The position numbers and the translations under genes are program-made. A DNA stretch of 64,000 bases from positions 1,674,001-1,738,000 of the forward strand of contig NEEC01000015.1 of the NCBI GenBank assembly GCA_002189035.1, in the 5' to 3' direction. Position 1 is the stretch's first letter. Each line of letters opens with the position of its first letter. Below the pieces are notes generated by a model. The model saw only the letters and a list, made by a program, of their open reading frames with translations. It was not told the DNA's origin and searched no databases. Below, one piece after another: positions 43,467 to 58,045 of the stretch. This DNA comes from Utricularia gibba. Lineage: Eukaryota; Plantae; Magnoliophyta.

Positions 43467-46433
43467 TCATTCTTCGTCGGCTGGAGAAATCAGGGAAACA
43501 ACCTTTTCAGTTATATTAATGGCACTAAGACATGGAATGCAAGTACAATTGGTAACTTACTGCTCAAAATGAATCCTTGAAGCAAACTCTGAGCTCTCTC
43601 GGTTTGCTCCGGAGTACCTGATATTTGTATAACCTTATCTGCTGCATCAGGATTGTCATTCAGGAGCTTCACCGTCGCACCGGATATCTATCATGTACAC
43701 AAATTTGCATTCAAGGAGACAGCCATATATGGAAGCTGTGAAGGGATACAGGAAGTCTCACTTCACTAATCAGAGTTAGTTTTCTAGATTTCTTTGCAAG
43801 CTCAGCTGCTGCATGAGGGGGAATAACGACTTCAAGAGTGCTCTTTGTGATGACCGGCACGGAGATCCTGAATGAATAAAAGATAAAAAAAAAGAAAAAG
43901 CAGCGATTAGTGAAGGGATCCTGAGTATTAGTTGTTGACAGCTATCTGAACATTATCCAGTACCTATTCAATACAGTTGGCTGATCTTCATGCCGTTCGC
44001 TCTCATTCTCAGTGTTTGCTGCAGCTGCACTTGAATTCTGCAAGTATATAGAAATAAAGGGTAAAGGGTTCTTATTAGCCAACAGATCGCAAGAAACTCA
44101 GAGGGCGATTGGCAAGAGAATGAACTTCACCTTCTGCGTCTCTACAGCAGCTAACGAATTTGCAGTTTGTTTGTCTGTTGAGGGCGTTGCATTATTGCTC
44201 GATGTGGTGTCTGTAGGTGCTGATGGATTTGAAATGGGCTCTTCACCTTCGTAGAGATCCTGATAAACATGGCTTCGAATCTGCGAGGTCACCTCCATCA
44301 GTGCCTCTCGAGCGCACTTTATCTCACCAACTATCTAATAGCATGAAAATTGTAAGGGTTCAAGGTGAAATCTCAAGCTGCGAGAATGATAGGACAGGTA
44401 GAAATTAAAGACCTGCAAGATCTCATCCATCCCTGATAAACCATCAGGAAGCTTATCTCTAGGCAAGATTTCAATGTCTGCACCGCACAAATTTCTGATG
44501 TCTCGAAAAGAAGCAATCTCATCTGATTGCACAAGTAGTTTCGTTGTAATGATGTTCTCTTTTTCAGGGAAAAGATCAACAACACGGGTTTGTATGTGCA
44601 GAAGTGCTTCTTGAGAAGGGAATAACTCATCGTCTGGAGCCTAAAACAACATGAAGTGAATCAAGCCATTTGGTATGATAATGATGATCAGTTATTGGCA
44701 ATGGGATGTTTGATCATACCTCATCAGATGATATGGAAATTATATGCTCCTCTGATCCAGCAATGGGATCAGACACATCAATGATGACACCTACATCATC
44801 CTGAAGCAAATTTAGAATACCATCCGACTCCCCAACAATGCGACCAAGCTTGTCTGCAGGGCAAAGAATTCGAAAAACAAGATCCTCCGAAAAGGGAGGG
44901 GCTTCATCAGTTGCATAGGAACCTCCAGCATCCAATGCAAATCCTGATGAACGAAATGAATCATTGGTTTTCCTTGAACCTGCTGAATACCTTGAACCAA
45001 AGTTTCGGCCTCCCACTGACAGTCTTCGTGGGCCATTCATTCGGAAATCATCATCAGGAGGGAACACACGATCAGGTGAATGTGATCGATTATGAAAATA
45101 GCTTCTATCACGATGTTGACTCTCACGAAGTCGAGATGAAATAATCACCATAGCAGCTTTCACAGCATTCATATCACCAACGACCTGCAGTTGAAGAGAA
45201 ACAGAAGTTTGAAAAATTCTTAACGTGCATGTCTCCACAGCAGGGAAAAGAAACAGACAGCATTATAATATTTATAAATAGAAAGCATTCTTTACATTGA
45301 AAACCAGATGCAGAGGAACGGCAACCTTCCACCATGGAAGATACAAAGCTTATGAGATTATCTGATACACCTAAAGGCAACGAAAGCCACTTAACAGTAT
45401 TCCCAATTCCTCACCAACTAAAGGGCAACAATCACATGAAACCTGTTAGCAACTAATCAACATTACAGTAGGAGGAACCAATCTACCGCACTTAACAAGT
45501 GTAATGCACCTTGACCTTAAACTTATCTTTCAAACAACAAAATATACAGATAAGACAGTGTGCAGGCATCAAAAAGTATTTGAGTTGGCTGTGTTAATTC
45601 TATAACGTCGTTTCCAACTACTGAATGTTCTTTCCAATATTGCTGCAAGATAAAAGTAATCTGACCACATAAAGAGTTTCATGTCTCAGCCACTCAAAGC
45701 ATCAAAGATAAAGAACAATCAAAACCTGAACAATCTCCTCCGACATTCCAATGCAGCGTGGTATAGTGTGATCTCTAGGCAAAATCCGAATATGAGTCTT
45801 AGTTTCTATCCTCATTTGCTCAATAATCTTTCCCCCTTTCCCCAGCAAACACCCCACATGCATCCTCGAAACAACAAGCCTGGTCACGACCTTACCACCA
45901 CCACTTCCTCCACCTCCACCTCGCCCACCGTACTCTTCACTCTCCTCATCTCCAATTCCCATATATCCTCCAACTTCATTCTCCAAGATTCTTTCATGTA
46001 TCAACAACAACGCCTCCTGTGCGGGAGAAAAGGAAGGCATTCTTCCATCAGGATCCTTTCTGCGTGTGTCCGAAATCTCAATAATTCTCTCCTCATCACC
46101 AGGAACCAGTTCATGCACATTGATCCACGCCCCCGTGTGCTGCCTAATCGACTTAATTATACTTCCAGACTTTCCAATCACCCCACCAACCTTAACATCA
46201 TGACACAAAATTCGGTAACTTGTGTTTACCATCATAGTGGTGTCCGCTATTTTTCTCCCACCCACACCTCCTGCCATTCCTGAAGCGGATCTCCGGTGGC
46301 TTCCGGAGGAGTAATAGCTTCCACCGCCCCCTCCCTGCGAATTGCTACCATATCGGGGTTTGCTCCGGGGGTGGAGGTTTTCATACTCGTGGTCTTGGTC
46401 ATGGAAGTATCTCTTAGACCTAGATCTCTCCAT
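43467..46433 (-). CDS. RCF3: KH-domain RNA-binding protein RCF3/SHI1/HOS5-like
   Basis: MERSRSKR..RSKPRY, YRILCHD.KVGGVIGKSG, GAWINVHELVPGD, RMPSFSPAQEAL, GCLLGKGGKIIE. Last exons read AQSLLQGFILS|TDEE-stop. Confidence 0.92.
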
Positions 46434-47468
46434 TCCAGACCTTATCCCTCACACTCCCAATGTCCGTCCAAACCAAGAGAAGATGTAATTAGGGTTCACA
46501 TTCACATCCCAGATTTCTGTGCATTTCCGATTTCACTCCAAGTATCCGCAGAATCACAGTTTCAAGTCCAGTTCCAAACTTTCCAGAGCGCACTTTCGGG
46601 CTAGGAAAAGTTGAGAACACCAGATTTTCCCCGTGCCGTCCTAATCCTATTAGATCGTGCACAACTCAGGCCAGCCGGGGAACTTCCTCGCAGTATGCTC
46701 TTCAACTACAAGAAGCCATCTTCTTGCATGCATCAGGCAGGACTCCGGTAGGAAGCCGGATCCAAACTCGCTCTCTCGGCTGTCCGTTGCCGTTGAGATT
46801 TCCCAATTGCCTTCAAATATCACCAATTACCTTTCAAAACCTAAATTTACACTTCATTGCCCAGCCTCAAGTCCATATCCCATTTGATTACCTTTTCTCA
46901 TTCAAAACATATTATTTTAAATAATTTAAATAATCATAAACTAACGATTAATGATTATCGAATTTTTTTAAAAAAAAAACATCACGATTGCATTTTAAAT
47001 CGTATTTATAAATACAACCTAAATATCTACCGGTAGGAGTTATTGTACTTTTTATATTTCAACTAGTACAGACATCAATATTATAATAATAGGATATTAA
47101 TATATTTAAATAAATAAATATATATATATATTGTTTGATATTCAAAAATATAAATTAAAAATATATAAATAATTAATTATACTTCATTTATATACATCAT
47201 TCATATATTCAAAAATATATATATATAAATTATATTTATATAAAATTAATATATATCCATATAAAATTAATATATATCTATATATACATACATAACTATT
47301 TATACATAAATTTAAATAAAATCTGTTATACTATATTATCGAAAATCTTCTAAATACACCCATCACCATGTCCATGGGATTGTTTATTACGGCAAATAAA
47401 TCACTCAGCAGTTCTTCTGTACAAGCAACCTAAGGCTTGATCCTAACGGGTCGATGGGGATTCACCTC

Positions 47469-48709
47469 TCAGTACAGATCAATAGACTCGAGCACCCTTC
47501 GAGCTTGAATGTGCAAAGCAGTTAACCTTTCATCTGGATTCAGTGTAGATCCAAATTGGCTAGCTGCCCATATCAAGGATGCAGATTTCTCTCCAAGGAA
47601 TTGCCTCACATCCTCGTGTATTGTCATCATTGGAGGTGCATCCCTTCCGTGGACGTGGCCGATTAGGAGTAGCAGGAATTCTCCACATTTCAGCCTGATC
47701 CGAATCAATGCAGACAACTAACACAAAGATGAACCACGATATCTGGATGGTAGGATGTTTATGATCTTGTGGAGGAAGAGTACCTCAGATTTTCATCCAT
47801 TTGTTTGTCTCGTATTATAAGGGAAACTTCTTCTATGCCATTGCAGACTTCAAAATCCTAGTCAAAAAATGCATGATTTCATATGTTTCCTGTCAGAAGA
47901 TTCATCTATTGACTAACAACACATGTACCAGCTGATTGGAGGATGAATCCATCATGATCGCTATCAGGGTGTCCAGGCATGCTCCTTGTTCGAGCACTCC
48001 ACGGGTAGACAGTATATTCATCAAGACCTGCCACAAAGGAATTCCATTATACACATCCTAACCTAGTGCCCACAGAATTATATGTAGCTGAGTAGCAATG
48101 GCTGTTTAATTTGCTCAAAGCAAAATTAGAAGATGGTTTTCGCATACTGGGATTGCCTTGTGCTGATGAGCCAATATCGTGCTTTCACGATGAAGAAGAC
48201 AGCAGCCTTCAAGAACTCTCAGCGCCAGAGCCACTTCTGCGTCAGTAGAAGGACTAGTAATCTTCAGAGGTTCCACACCAAATATGTGATTCATATCGTT
48301 CACTGTCGGCTCCTCCACATCCTTAAGAGTATGTTGAAACAGAACAGGAACAACTTGTTCCACAAAAAATCAATGCATCATAATACATACACGTGCCAAA
48401 CAGATGATCGAAAACTAGGTTTGGGAGAAGCAGAACACCTTGGAGCTCGGGAATTGATTGTGAATGGCAGAATAGACTGACAGTAGAATCATTTTCAGCA
48501 ACAGATCGGAGAAATTTGAGAAGGCTGCGGAGTCCACGGATCCGGATGAAGGAGAATTCCGCGACCGCTTCTCGTAGACCGCTGCGAAGGGCGAGGGTGA
48601 CCTCCCGATACAATCGCTTCTGGTCTAGCGACTTCACCAGCTCCACCACTGGAGGCGGTGTCCCGGAATCATCAACCGCGGCGCTCCAGAAGGCCTTCTT
48701 TAGGTACAT
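47469..48709 (-). CDS. Conserved uncharacterised ARM-repeat protein (Cdc14/SIN-component-like domain), 5 exons
   Basis: Exons join in frame: MYLKKAFWS..AEFSFIRIRGLR, EVALALRVLEGCCLLH, EQGACLD.LIAIMMDSS.NQ, DFE.CNGIE, LKCGEFLLLLIGHV. The domain name is from memory. Confidence 0.8.
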
Positions 48710-48905
48710 TGCCGCCAGACTGAACCGCTCTACCGAGAAGAAGCACCTTCCGGCGTCTACAAAGAATATATTAAAATTTAAAAAATCCTGACTCTATTTA
48801 TGCCATAATATTGTACCCTCGTATTTTTCTTATCCGATTCAGGGCTGAATTACCGTCCGGCCTCTGCTTTGAAGCAACAGACACAACAGGAAAACTGCCC
48901 GGGAA

Positions 48906-50985
48906 ATGGCTTACGCAGGCTGGTGTTCGCTGCCGCAAGCCAATTTCACTTGCTCCACTTCTTCCCGGAAGGAAACACTTTTCCCTCTTCCTTCTTCGCT
49001 TCCTCGTTTATGGCCTTGGCAAAAGCAAAAGGTTATTAAGTCCCCATCTCCAATGGAAACAAAAAATCCTTCAATAATTCGAGTTTCTGCTGTTTGATTT
49101 CAAGAATGTGATTTTCAGGTGAAAATTGGACAACTTAGCGTATCTCAGATGGGTCTTGGTACCTGGGCCTGGGGAATCAGCTTCTTTGGGGCTATCTACA
49201 ATCCATGGATTCCGAGCTTCAGCAGGCATTCAATCTTGCTGTTGATAGTGGCATTAACTTGTTTGATACGGCCGATTCTTATGGCACTGGTGTCCTCAAT
49301 GGGCAAAGTGAGAAGCTTTTAGGGAAGTTTATCCGCGAGTTCCCAGGTTGATTCTGTTCTCCTTTCTCGCTTGCATTTCATTCCAGCACTAGAGATTTTT
49401 AGGGAATGGGGTTCATTTTGTTCTCCAGCTAAGCTTTCTGTTACTGCTTGTTTCAGAGATGGATCATAGATGATGGTCTAGCAATTAGTCTTGACTTTAG
49501 GCATCAACAAACACCTTATGGAACCACCACTTAAGTTTGTCCATTAACTTACCTAATGTTTCAGTCAACACCATTCTCATTTTACCCCTCATTACCCCAG
49601 TTTATGGTCCGAGATGTGGTTTCACAGACATATCCTCCATAAAAAGATGGTATCTAACTGCATTGGATTTTCAGTTGGCTGCTCTTCTTACTTGGGAACA
49701 TTATTTGATTCTTTTCTGTGCTGTACAATCAATAGTGTCTTCATGCTTTTAAGGTAGTGAGCAGCTCGCGAATAAGATCGTGATTGCGACGAAATTCGCT
49801 GCATATCCTTGGCGCTTAACGCCAAACCAGTTCGTCAATGCTTGCAAGTATTCCTCCTCATTGTGAAGTAACTGTGGTAGGAGAGTAGCTAATGTGTTTG
49901 AACTGATGATGATCTCTACACATTGGGGTTTCAGATCATCCCTAGAAAGGGTTCAGCTCGAGCAAATTGGAATCGGCCAACTCCACTGGTCCACAGCTAA
50001 TTATGCTCCTCTTCAAGAAAGGGTCCTTTGGGATGGCTTAGTGGCAATGTATGACAAGGTTATCTACCGTGATCCATATCTTTTGTTCCTAAAAAGCGTT
50101 TTCATGGCCAGTTTCGAGCACTGTTTGATCTCAAAACAAACATGAAGCTCACTCAAGATGCTTCATTGTTCGCTTGTGATTCCCTTGTTACAAGAATATA
50201 TGTTCATGCTGTGATCTGTACGTTGTTTCAGGGATTGGTAAAAGCTGTGGGAGTAAGCAACTACGGGCCAAAGCAGCTACTGAAAGTACACAAGTACCTC
50301 AACTCCCGGGGAGTTCCTCTCAGCTCGGCCCAGGTACTACTAGCAGATGCTGCGTTAGCAAACCTTTTCGTTCCTCTGGAAGCATAGGCACTAAGCAAGA
50401 GGGATAGTGTGAATAGGTGCAATTTTCATTGTTGAGCATGGGAAGAGATCAGATGGAGATGAAAGAAATATGCGACTCTCTAGCTGTTCGTGTTATTGCC
50501 TACAGTCCCCTGGGGCTCGGCATGCTGACAGGCAAATACACCCCTTCAAATCTTCCTCCAGGACCACGGTCTGTGACCCATTCCTCTTTAAGCGTGCTCG
50601 TATCATCTGTTGGTGAGTTTCCTCTGTGATTTCGCAGGAGCCTTCTATTCCGGCGGATTTTACCAGGCCTTGAGCCCCTGTTACGTTCACTGAAAGAGAT
50701 CGGGGTGAAGCGGAGGAAGACCGTGTCTCAGGTGAAGCTGCCCTGTCGTTTGAGATCAGTGTAAATGAGCCCTGTGCATATGATTCTATAAATTAGCAGG
50801 TAGCTATAAACTGGTGCATCTGCAAAGGCACGATCCCGATTCCTGGGGTGAAGACGGTGAAACAAGTAGATGACAACTTGGGAGCATTGGGATGGCAACT
50901 CAGCTCGGATGAGGTGCTGCAGCTAGAAAATGCAGCTCTAGAATCTCCCAGTAAAATGATTCAGAACATTTTTCAGACGAGATAG
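48906..50985 (+). CDS. PLR1: Plastid pyridoxal reductase (aldo-keto reductase); apparent -1 frameshift at 49171-49174
   Basis: GLGTWAWG(N)QLLWGY, GINLFDTADSYG, VIATKFAAYPWRL, QLHWSTANYAPLQE, AVGVSNYGP, YSPLGLGMLTGKY. Ends MIQNIFQTR. Confidence 0.93.
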
Positions 50986-51182
50986 AATCACAAACTGCAT
51001 GAACTTTGAGATAGTTTCATCAAAACACAAAATGGGAACTAACTGAGCTTCATCAGTGTATTGACAACACAAGACCAACACATGTCGAGGAGATGCGCTC
51101 ATGAGAGTTAGAGAAAGGAAAGTTCGGAGAACAATATGTGAATAAAAAACGACGGAGCCAATCGAAAATTATGCCCAGCACT

Positions 51183-52068
<886 letters not shown>

Positions 52069-52169
52069 TCAGCGACGGAAACCACCGCTCTCGCGAATTC
52101 GACCAAATTTATACACGGAGAAGATAAGCGAACTAGGGCTTTCATCTCGTTTGCAGTAACTCCATTCTA

Positions 52170-52181
52170 GGCCCAGGCCCA
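52170..52181 (-). promoter_or_regulatory. Tandem site II (TGGGCY) elements in the RPL40/DMS3 divergent promoter
   Basis: GGCCCAGGCCCA about 130 bp upstream of the RPL40 ATG, typical of ribosomal-protein promoters. Confidence 0.6.
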
Positions 52182-52658
52182 TGTTGTGCTCACCAGTTAA
52201 AAAACCTATGGATTCTATTTCATTTATTTTTATTTTAAAATAAAAAAGTATTTATTTGTAGAACATAATTTATTTTTATTTTTACTTCTTTAAAAATATT
52301 TTGGAATCTCAACCTTTGATTTTAATAAATGGTTTCCATCATAAGTTTGATCAAGCAAATATTAATTGAAAATCGTGATAATTCTAATATATGTAAAAAA
52401 AAAGGACCATCAATGATATTTTCAGTGTTTATATAGGGGGTATTTATCATTTTTCCCATTGGAAAATAAAATTTCGCTTATATTTATTTTGAATTTTTCA
52501 CGCACTTAAATAATCGGAAATTTAAAACTACATTAAATCCCCGGAAAAAGGAGGATCAACGGCGAGCATTACAGTAGTCGTAACCGGAAGTACCACACAG
52601 ATTTCTTCTCCGCCGCGACTCGGGTAACGAATCTCCAGCGCGTCGAGTCGCGGAAGAA

Positions 52659-55224
52659 ATGGCGGCTGAGGTTTTCTGCTTTCTTCCTTTCTCCTTCTTC
52701 TTACCTTTTTGCTGAACGCTTCCTACCTTTCTGTTATGAGGGCCGAATTGTGGATTTTTTGAGGGATATGTGCATGTCGTCATATATGTTGCTGTTAGAA
52801 TTTTTTTTTATTCATTTTTTTTAGCATTTATGCTCGTCATCAGAAATTGTCAGGAACATTTCTTGTTTCTAATTCTCTGCTATCAATATTGTTGAACAGA
52901 AATCTCATTATTCAGTGGATGGAATGCAATTTGGAACGAATGACGAGATTATGGAGTCATTTATGAGCCTTTCAAGGGTTAGCTTATAGTTTCTTGCACT
53001 TCCAACGTTGAAATTTGACAGTTCCAGTAGCTAGCTTTATTTGTTTATTTTATTTTGATTAACTTTTCCTCACCTTTTTTTCATGTTTTTTTTAAATTCT
53101 AATGCCGTAATTGGATCTTGTACGTGCAGAAACTACAAGATGTCGTACAAGAAGAGGGTGAGAAAATCAAGCACTATGATGAAAATGTCAAATATTTGAA
53201 GTCCTTGGTTATGAAACTGGAGGATTCCATTTCGGAAATGAGGGGTATATCTGTGTTTCCTTGGGCTTCCTGAACCCTCTTCCGTTATTAAGTTCATTTT
53301 GATTGATCGATCATGTGGTACTTATAGAATTAATGTTTTCTTTTTTGTTCTTTAGAATTTTTTAGGCACTCTAAAATGTGATAGAAATACATGCATTCGT
53401 CTGGTATGTTATCTCCCTAATGTTACTAAATTAAGCTTAGGTGATAAATGTGTTAGTTCTTATGTACCATGGCTGTGGTGTGGATCCATTTATATCATAA
53501 TGTGTATTCGAAATCTGAATAGGCCTATTGATATAAGTCACTAACTTTTGTATTTTTTGTTTCTAATTTCTTTTACTATCTATCAGATATTTTTTTTCCA
53601 ATGGTATGATGTTAGGTAATACATTCACCTTGTTTTGCTTACTCGAGCTGCAGTTAAGATGGGGAACTATGAGAGAGTGGCTAATTTTAAATGGAAAAAT
53701 GATGACCCTGCTCAAGTTCCAAGGGTGGAAGAGATATTGCAGCGCATCTTAAAACTTAAGAATTCAGCTGCGGCCCTTTTGTGTAGGATTAAAGCCAGCC
53801 CTGAAGCGCAGTCCTTTCATCATTCATTTGTAAAAGATGTGCTGGGGGTTGTTGCGACACTTGGAAAAGTGAATGATCCTAACCTCAGCAGGTTGGTCTC
53901 TTTGGACACTTTTTTTTTTAAAAAAAAAAGACATGATATGGATAAGCTGGAGCAACCAATTGACAGCAGTAGCTTTCATGCCATCTGTGCAACTACGTTT
54001 TTTTCAAATATTGTGATGTCAGCATGTTGACTGTGTACACTCCCATATATGGTCTCTTAAAATTCTATAATGTGGAGTTAGAATAATTTATTCCGTGCCC
54101 CTTTTATCCATCTTTTATTATATTTCACTGGAGGAAAACGCTAATTCTGTATAGTTGGCGTTTTTGTTTTCCATATTCCTGATGTAGGATTTTTGCAGAG
54201 TATTTGGGCCCAGACACAATGTTGGCAATTGTGTGCAAAACACATGAAGGTGTGAAAGCCATCGAATCGTACACTTCTGATGGTTTAATAGATAGAAGTT
54301 CGGGAATTCATGGTCTTGCAGCTTCTGTCGGGAGATCTCTAGATGGCAGATTTCACGTCATTTGTCTTGAAGATCTTAGGTGCCTTACTCTCTTCTTCTA
54401 ATTGTGTTATTTTCTATGCATTTCACATGCTATATCGTTGTGAACTGACATTTGTTTTTTGTGAATGGGTTTTTATTAGACCCTATGCGGGCGAGATGGT
54501 ATGCAATGATCCACAACTTCGGCTTGATCTTCTGCAGCCAAGACTGGCCAACGGGGAGAAGCCACCAGGGTTTCTTGGCTTCGCTGTTAATATGATCACC
54601 ATTGAAAGCGCTGACCTATATTCTGTTCATGGTGCGGGTTACAATTTGAGAGAGACACTATTCTATCATCTGTTCTCAGATATGCAAGTTTACAGATCAA
54701 GGGACGATATGCTGAAGGCCCTCCCTTGTATAAGGAAGGCAGCTGTCTCTATGGATGGAGGGATGATAAGAAATCCTGGCGTATTTGCCCTTGGTCCTGT
54801 TAGGTCAGATAACAAACCATGGCTTCTTAGATTTGAGGTGTACAACTCACTTTGCAGTAACTAATCTTTTTTCCTCTGATGTAGGGAAAATCTAGACATC
54901 TGTTTCCCATTTAGTCCTGGAGCTTCGTATCCCTTGGATTACTTCGAGCTTCAGAACCAGTTGAAGCAGATGGAATGGAAGAAGAGTCGGACCTTAGAAG
55001 ATATTACAAAAGAAGAGGAGCTTTTGAACCATGCAAGGTACAAGTATGATGCAAAGAAGAGAGAATTTATCCAGTTGATTGCTTCTAGCTCTTCCCATGC
55101 AAATCAGGTAACACATTTTACACACAGTTGTTACACTTGCTCTTATGTTCTTAACACTTCTCATCCTTTTTTTTTAATTTTGTTTTATTAGTACCAAATG
55201 CAACATCGAACCGGCACGAGGTAA
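52659..55224 (+). CDS. DMS3: DEFECTIVE IN MERISTEM SILENCING 3 (SMC-hinge protein, RdDM)
   Basis: [50 protein letters not shown]|[36 protein letters not shown] tiny first exon (MAAE) is inferred. Confidence 0.92.
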
Positions 55225-55734
55225 TCAGCCCATGCACAGATCCAGCGATGCAGCTCTTCAGTTATTGTGATCATAACATGTAGTGAGAACGCTGTTGAAG
55301 TTTACATTCAGATCCTTGGTCTAGGTTTAGTCACATACAGCTGCTGCTTCACTATTTTCTGGAATTGGCGCTATTTGACTTGTGATATTTTGTGGTGGTG
55401 CTGGATGTTACCACATCAGACCCCAATGGTTTTCCAATTAAAAATGTTACTTCCCCTTAAACAGCAATGACACAAGAGTATATTTAACTTGTATTATGAG
55501 ATTATTTGTTACATTTATTCTCATCTTGAATGGATAATTAGACTGTTTTGTGGAATTCATATTTCATATTCCATTTAAAAAACTCAGTGACTATCAAGAA
55601 GTTATGCATTATCCACGCTCGTAGAGCATGAGTGATGGGAACAAGGCATATTTCCAGGTTGTGTTGCATCATCGTCTCTATATAAATAACGAAAGGACAG
55701 CAAACTGAGACGCATGCTTTGAAGAAGATACGCA

Positions 55735-57650
55735 TCAGCCAGTTACTCGTTCGGCAGCAAGGTTGCCTTCAGTTCCTGCAGCTTCTTTTCCCTGATCCTC
55801 ATCCGCCTTGGTAGATGGAGAGGCAGGAGCTTCATCTGTGCCATCACCGGAATCATCTTCATTGTTATCGGCATCCTTGTTTCCTAACTTGAAAGGCAGC
55901 AAAGAAGCAACTGCAGCCCTGGCGCTGGCTTTTGCTCTTTCAGCTTCCTCAGCTGCTTTAGCAGCAGCCTCAGCTTTCTCTTTTTCAATCTCTGACTTCA
56001 GATTTTCCACCACATCCTCCCTCCCTATCCTCCTTAAGCCTTCTTTAACGAATTCCTCTACTTCTTCGGTGAAATCACCGGGTTCGTCCCTCAACATCCC
56101 ATCAACAATTTTCACCACTTCATCGTGCCTATCAGATTCAAAAAGAACTTTCATGATGAACTTGTAAGCTTCATCATTCATCCTCAGCTTTGGTAGCATC
56201 AGTTCGAAAAATGATTTTGCTTCATCAATTTTACCCACTTTCACCAACCCCTCCATCAGTCTATTGTATACAGCCAAGTTTGGCCTAAGCTTCGACTCCA
56301 CCATTGTCCTAAAGTACACAGCTGCATCGTCTGGTCTGTTTTCTATGAAGCACGTATCCATCAGTGTAACAAATGTGTACTCATCTGGCTTTACCTTCTT
56401 ATTTTCCATATCCCGATACAGATCCTCTGCCTCCGCCAAGTGGCCATTGTTGCACAACTGATCAATCAGTACATTGTAAGACAAGGTATCAGGGGCACAT
56501 CTTTTCTCCCCCATACGGTTGAAAACTGCAATGGCCTCACTAAACCTCTTCTCAGCACAATACCCCGCAACCACAACATTGTAACTACCCAAGTTCACAG
56601 TCAACTTTCTTGGGGAGCATGCTCATTTTTCATCCTCTCAAATAAATTCAGTGCTTCATCAAACTTACCATTCTGGCTCAATGCCTCTAAAATGTAATTG
56701 TAGGCAATATCTCTCATTTTAATTGGTGAACCCTCAGCCACAACCCTTTTGTAGCATTCATTGGCCTCTGAGTCCATTCCTTTCAAAAAATAGCCTTTCA
56801 TCAGATTCCCATAAATAACTCCATCCAAAATCTCCTCCACCCCTGTTTTCTTCTTTAATTCCTCATACAACTCAAAAATGCCATCAGCATTTGAATCCTT
56901 CGCCTGCCCCAACATCAAATAAGAATAGACAGTGGGATCTGGTTTGAACCCCTTCGCCTCCATTTCATCCTTAATCTCGAGCGCCTTATCAACTTTCTGA
57001 TTATCTACAAGCCCTTTAATCAGTATGCGGTAAGTAGTGGGGGAAGGGTTGAAAGGCGCATCACTTATCAATTGCTTGTACTGCTCTAATGCTAGATCTA
57101 CTTTCCTGCAGTCAAGATATACAGTGAGAAGAATATTATACGTGACGACATTCGCCGCCACGCCTGCTTGTGTAATGAACCTGTGAAGGGACAGCAGCTC
57201 CGCATATTTACACTGTCGCAGTTGCGCCGCCATTACCGAGTTGCAAGTGTAAATAGTCGGCCTACAATTGGAGTAAATGGAATGGCGAGTGAACAGAGCC
57301 GCCTCTTCGAGATCATTCTCGCGGATGAGCTTAAGAATACGGTTATGAAGGTTCAGCCTACTGCCAGTGAGAACGGATACAGGCTCAGGAATCTTTGGGG
57401 CGTTTGGATTCTGTGGCGCTGGGGCAGGACGCTGCTGCTGTGGCTGCTGGTGCCGGAGAGCGGACAATGGAGGCTCTATACGGAGGCGACGCTTTCGCTT
57501 TCGACGCTCGGCTGCCGCTTCTTCCGGTGTCGCGAAGGCGAAGAAACGGATCGGGATGAAGGTGAGCGGCGGCGCGTGAGCCTCCAGACGCCCGAAATTC
57601 GACAGGGTTTTGGTAAAATGGCAGAAATAGGAGAACTTAGAAAGCGCCAT
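55735..57650 (-). CDS. NUWA: P-class PPR protein NUWA/EMB1796-like; apparent -1 frameshift at 56612-56615
   Basis: [60 protein letters not shown] repeats and an acidic tail. One extra C joins the two ORFs as [13 protein letters not shown]. Confidence 0.9.
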
Positions 57651-57712
57651 CTCCTCCGAGGGGTTTAGGCCGCGAGCAGCGAGCAAATATATTCTTTATG
57701 CAGGTTGAATCC

Positions 57713-57741
57713 TGGGCCTTTTCCCTTGGGCCCATTGGGCT
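57713..57741 (+). promoter_or_regulatory. Three site II (TGGGCY) elements upstream of the PPR gene
   Basis: TGGGCC, TGGGCC and TGGGCT within 30 bp, typical of nuclear genes for mitochondrial proteins. Confidence 0.55.
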
Positions 57742-58045
57742 CAGTTCTTGTTTAAACTTAAACCTTACCGTTTTTCGACCGGTTCATGACTTCAACCGGT
57801 CCGGCCGGCCGAGTTTCAAAACAACGTGGTATTCAAATTGCCTCGAACAACCCCTGCCATATTCTAACATTTTCACTTCAGTGAAATAATTGTAAGAAAC
57901 AACATTGTTTATCTTGCAAACAGGTACTATGAAATATGTACGGCTTGGCCAAAGTTGGGTGCACTAAATTTGATGAACTTTGATTTAGATACACCCGGAG
58001 AAGATGCTGTATATACAGGGAGGGCCAAGGAGAGCAGATGTTCAG

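Noticed and set aside
46920-47340. Extremely AT-rich tract with (AT)n runs
   Set aside because: Low-complexity spacer with no defined termini or repeat unit.
57168-57668. 166-aa antisense ORF over the PPR gene (and similar ones at 45681-46283 and 17960-18409)
   Set aside because: Antisense shadows of real CDS with no motifs.
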